The translations under genes and the position numbers were made by a program. From assembly GCA_965233585.1 (NCBI GenBank), contig CBDDTI010000039.1, positions 1 to 21,543 of the forward strand: a stretch of 21,543 bases of DNA. Reading direction: 5' to 3'. Under the pieces are notes generated by a model that worked only from the letters and a program-made list of their open reading frames with translations, was not told the DNA's origin and searched no databases. Below, one piece after another: positions 20,247-21,543 of the stretch (the stretch's first letter is position 1; every line of letters starts with the position of its first letter). The DNA comes from a bacterium (GTDB lineage: Bacteria; SAR324; NAC60-12).

Positions 20247-20371
20247 TTTTGGCGTTAGCCCTTCGTCGAGCGAAACCAACGAGGGGCTAACGCCCGAAAC
20301 GTCAGCTTCCGAATCTCTTTACGGTGGCCACCAATTCACATCATCAACACAGTTGATAAAACCAAATTATA
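20247..20371 (+). mobile_element. Penelope-like pLTR fragment with degenerate minimal hammerhead ribozyme and a short inverted copy
   Basis: Plus strand ccaacga-g-gggctaacgccc-gaaacgtc (20276-20303) matches the CUGANGA-stemII-GAAAC-GUC layout with a mutated core. Minus-strand copy cgacga-agggctaacgcc-aaaa (20268-20247). Confidence 0.6.
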
Positions 20372-20490
20372 TTGATTGTGAGGAGTTTGGGACACCTAAA
20401 TCAACAAAAATCAACACTTCTAAATTCTAATTCGATCAACAAACAGTGGATGAAGAGCCACTTCGTGGAAATGCCGCTACAAAATCATTA

Positions 20491-20564
<74 letters not shown>

Positions 20565-21543
20565 ATAGCTTATGAAACTAATCGGCGAGTAGGTGCCCCA
20601 AAGATCCCAAAGTAACGAAATTTAGCAGAGGCAATACAGTGTTAAATAACCAATTAATGTTAAAGTTATTAACGTAAAAAGAATACCATTCTTATTTCAC
20701 TTGGACATTTGTTTTTTAAACTCGTGTGTAAGACACACCAAAACCGAAATCCGCCTTCGTAATAGTGGAGAGTTCTAGACGGGCGGATATTAACGCAAGC
20801 GACAACAGTCTTGTGCCGACGTCTGTTTCATTCGAAAGGACACCAGAAAATATTTTGGAACTGGCATTCAAGATGGTTACTGTATTTTCTCAATTAATAA
20901 ATCTTTAAACTTTCCTTAGCTTTTATTTTCCATTCGGTCCGGCTATGACAGGCATATTTTACTTGTTTATTTTCACGTTTCAGGAAACCGGCTTTTAATC
21001 GAGCAAATACGGCTACTGTCGCTTTTCACGGTTAAAGATACTAAGCAAAACAATCTTTAGTAGTTCACAGTTTTTTAAAGTAAAAAGAGAATCTACGCAA
21101 GTCACTGCGAAATATAAAATAGGCACCCCACGCAAAAGAAAACCACTGCATGGCACGTTGGCATTTGAATGGATTTCTTTCTCACGATATGTTTAGTTCG
21201 CTTTTATGACCAAAAAACTCGTTTCACGCCGATTGATTTTCATTGCAATTTGAAATAACAAAATTTCGACTTCATTGTTGGGCGAAATAATGATTCCTCC
21301 GTGTTTTGCACTTAGACCCCGTGTTTTCCACCGAGACCCCGTGTTTTCCACCAGACCCCGTGTTTTCCACACCCCGTGTTTTCCACACCCCGGGCCCCGG
21401 GACCCCGGGACCCCGTACCCCGAACCCCGGCCCCGCGTTTTCCACCTAGCCCAGCAGTTGTGTTGGTAACTGCACGCGTGCGAGCCTAAACCAGCTTTTA
21501 AACTAGTTTTGCCAGTTAAAATTTAATTTATTCGTCCATGGCG

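Overview
Eukaryotic animal DNA; the repeat repertoire suggests a cnidarian, probably a stony coral (inference). The only host gene I can support is part of a mitochondrial-clan cytochrome P450 on the minus strand, seen as three phase-compatible exons (14471-14095, 13457-13291, 7608-7530). Its N-terminal and PERF/heme exons were not found in the window. Most of the remainder is deeply nested non-autonomous transposable elements, many with readable ends and target-site duplications (TSDs). (i) Several 9-10-bp-TSD elements with hairpin-like double termini; two have different TIRs but share a ~0.95-kb internal module. (ii) Three TSD-less hairpin elements, two with an internal complement of their own end-to-end junction (tyrosine-recombinase/Crypton-like). 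(iii) A P-like element carrying an IS3EU-like foldback. (iv) A MULE/Foldback element carrying Harbinger-like, Tc1-like and Penelope-like pieces. (v) A tRNA-headed inverted retro-insertion with a 14-bp TSD that shares a GGGC-TAAC-GCCC hairpin with a Penelope-type hammerhead remnant. Nearly all ORFs in the supplied track appear spurious. Superfamily assignments are inferred from end and TSD signatures only; no database search was run.
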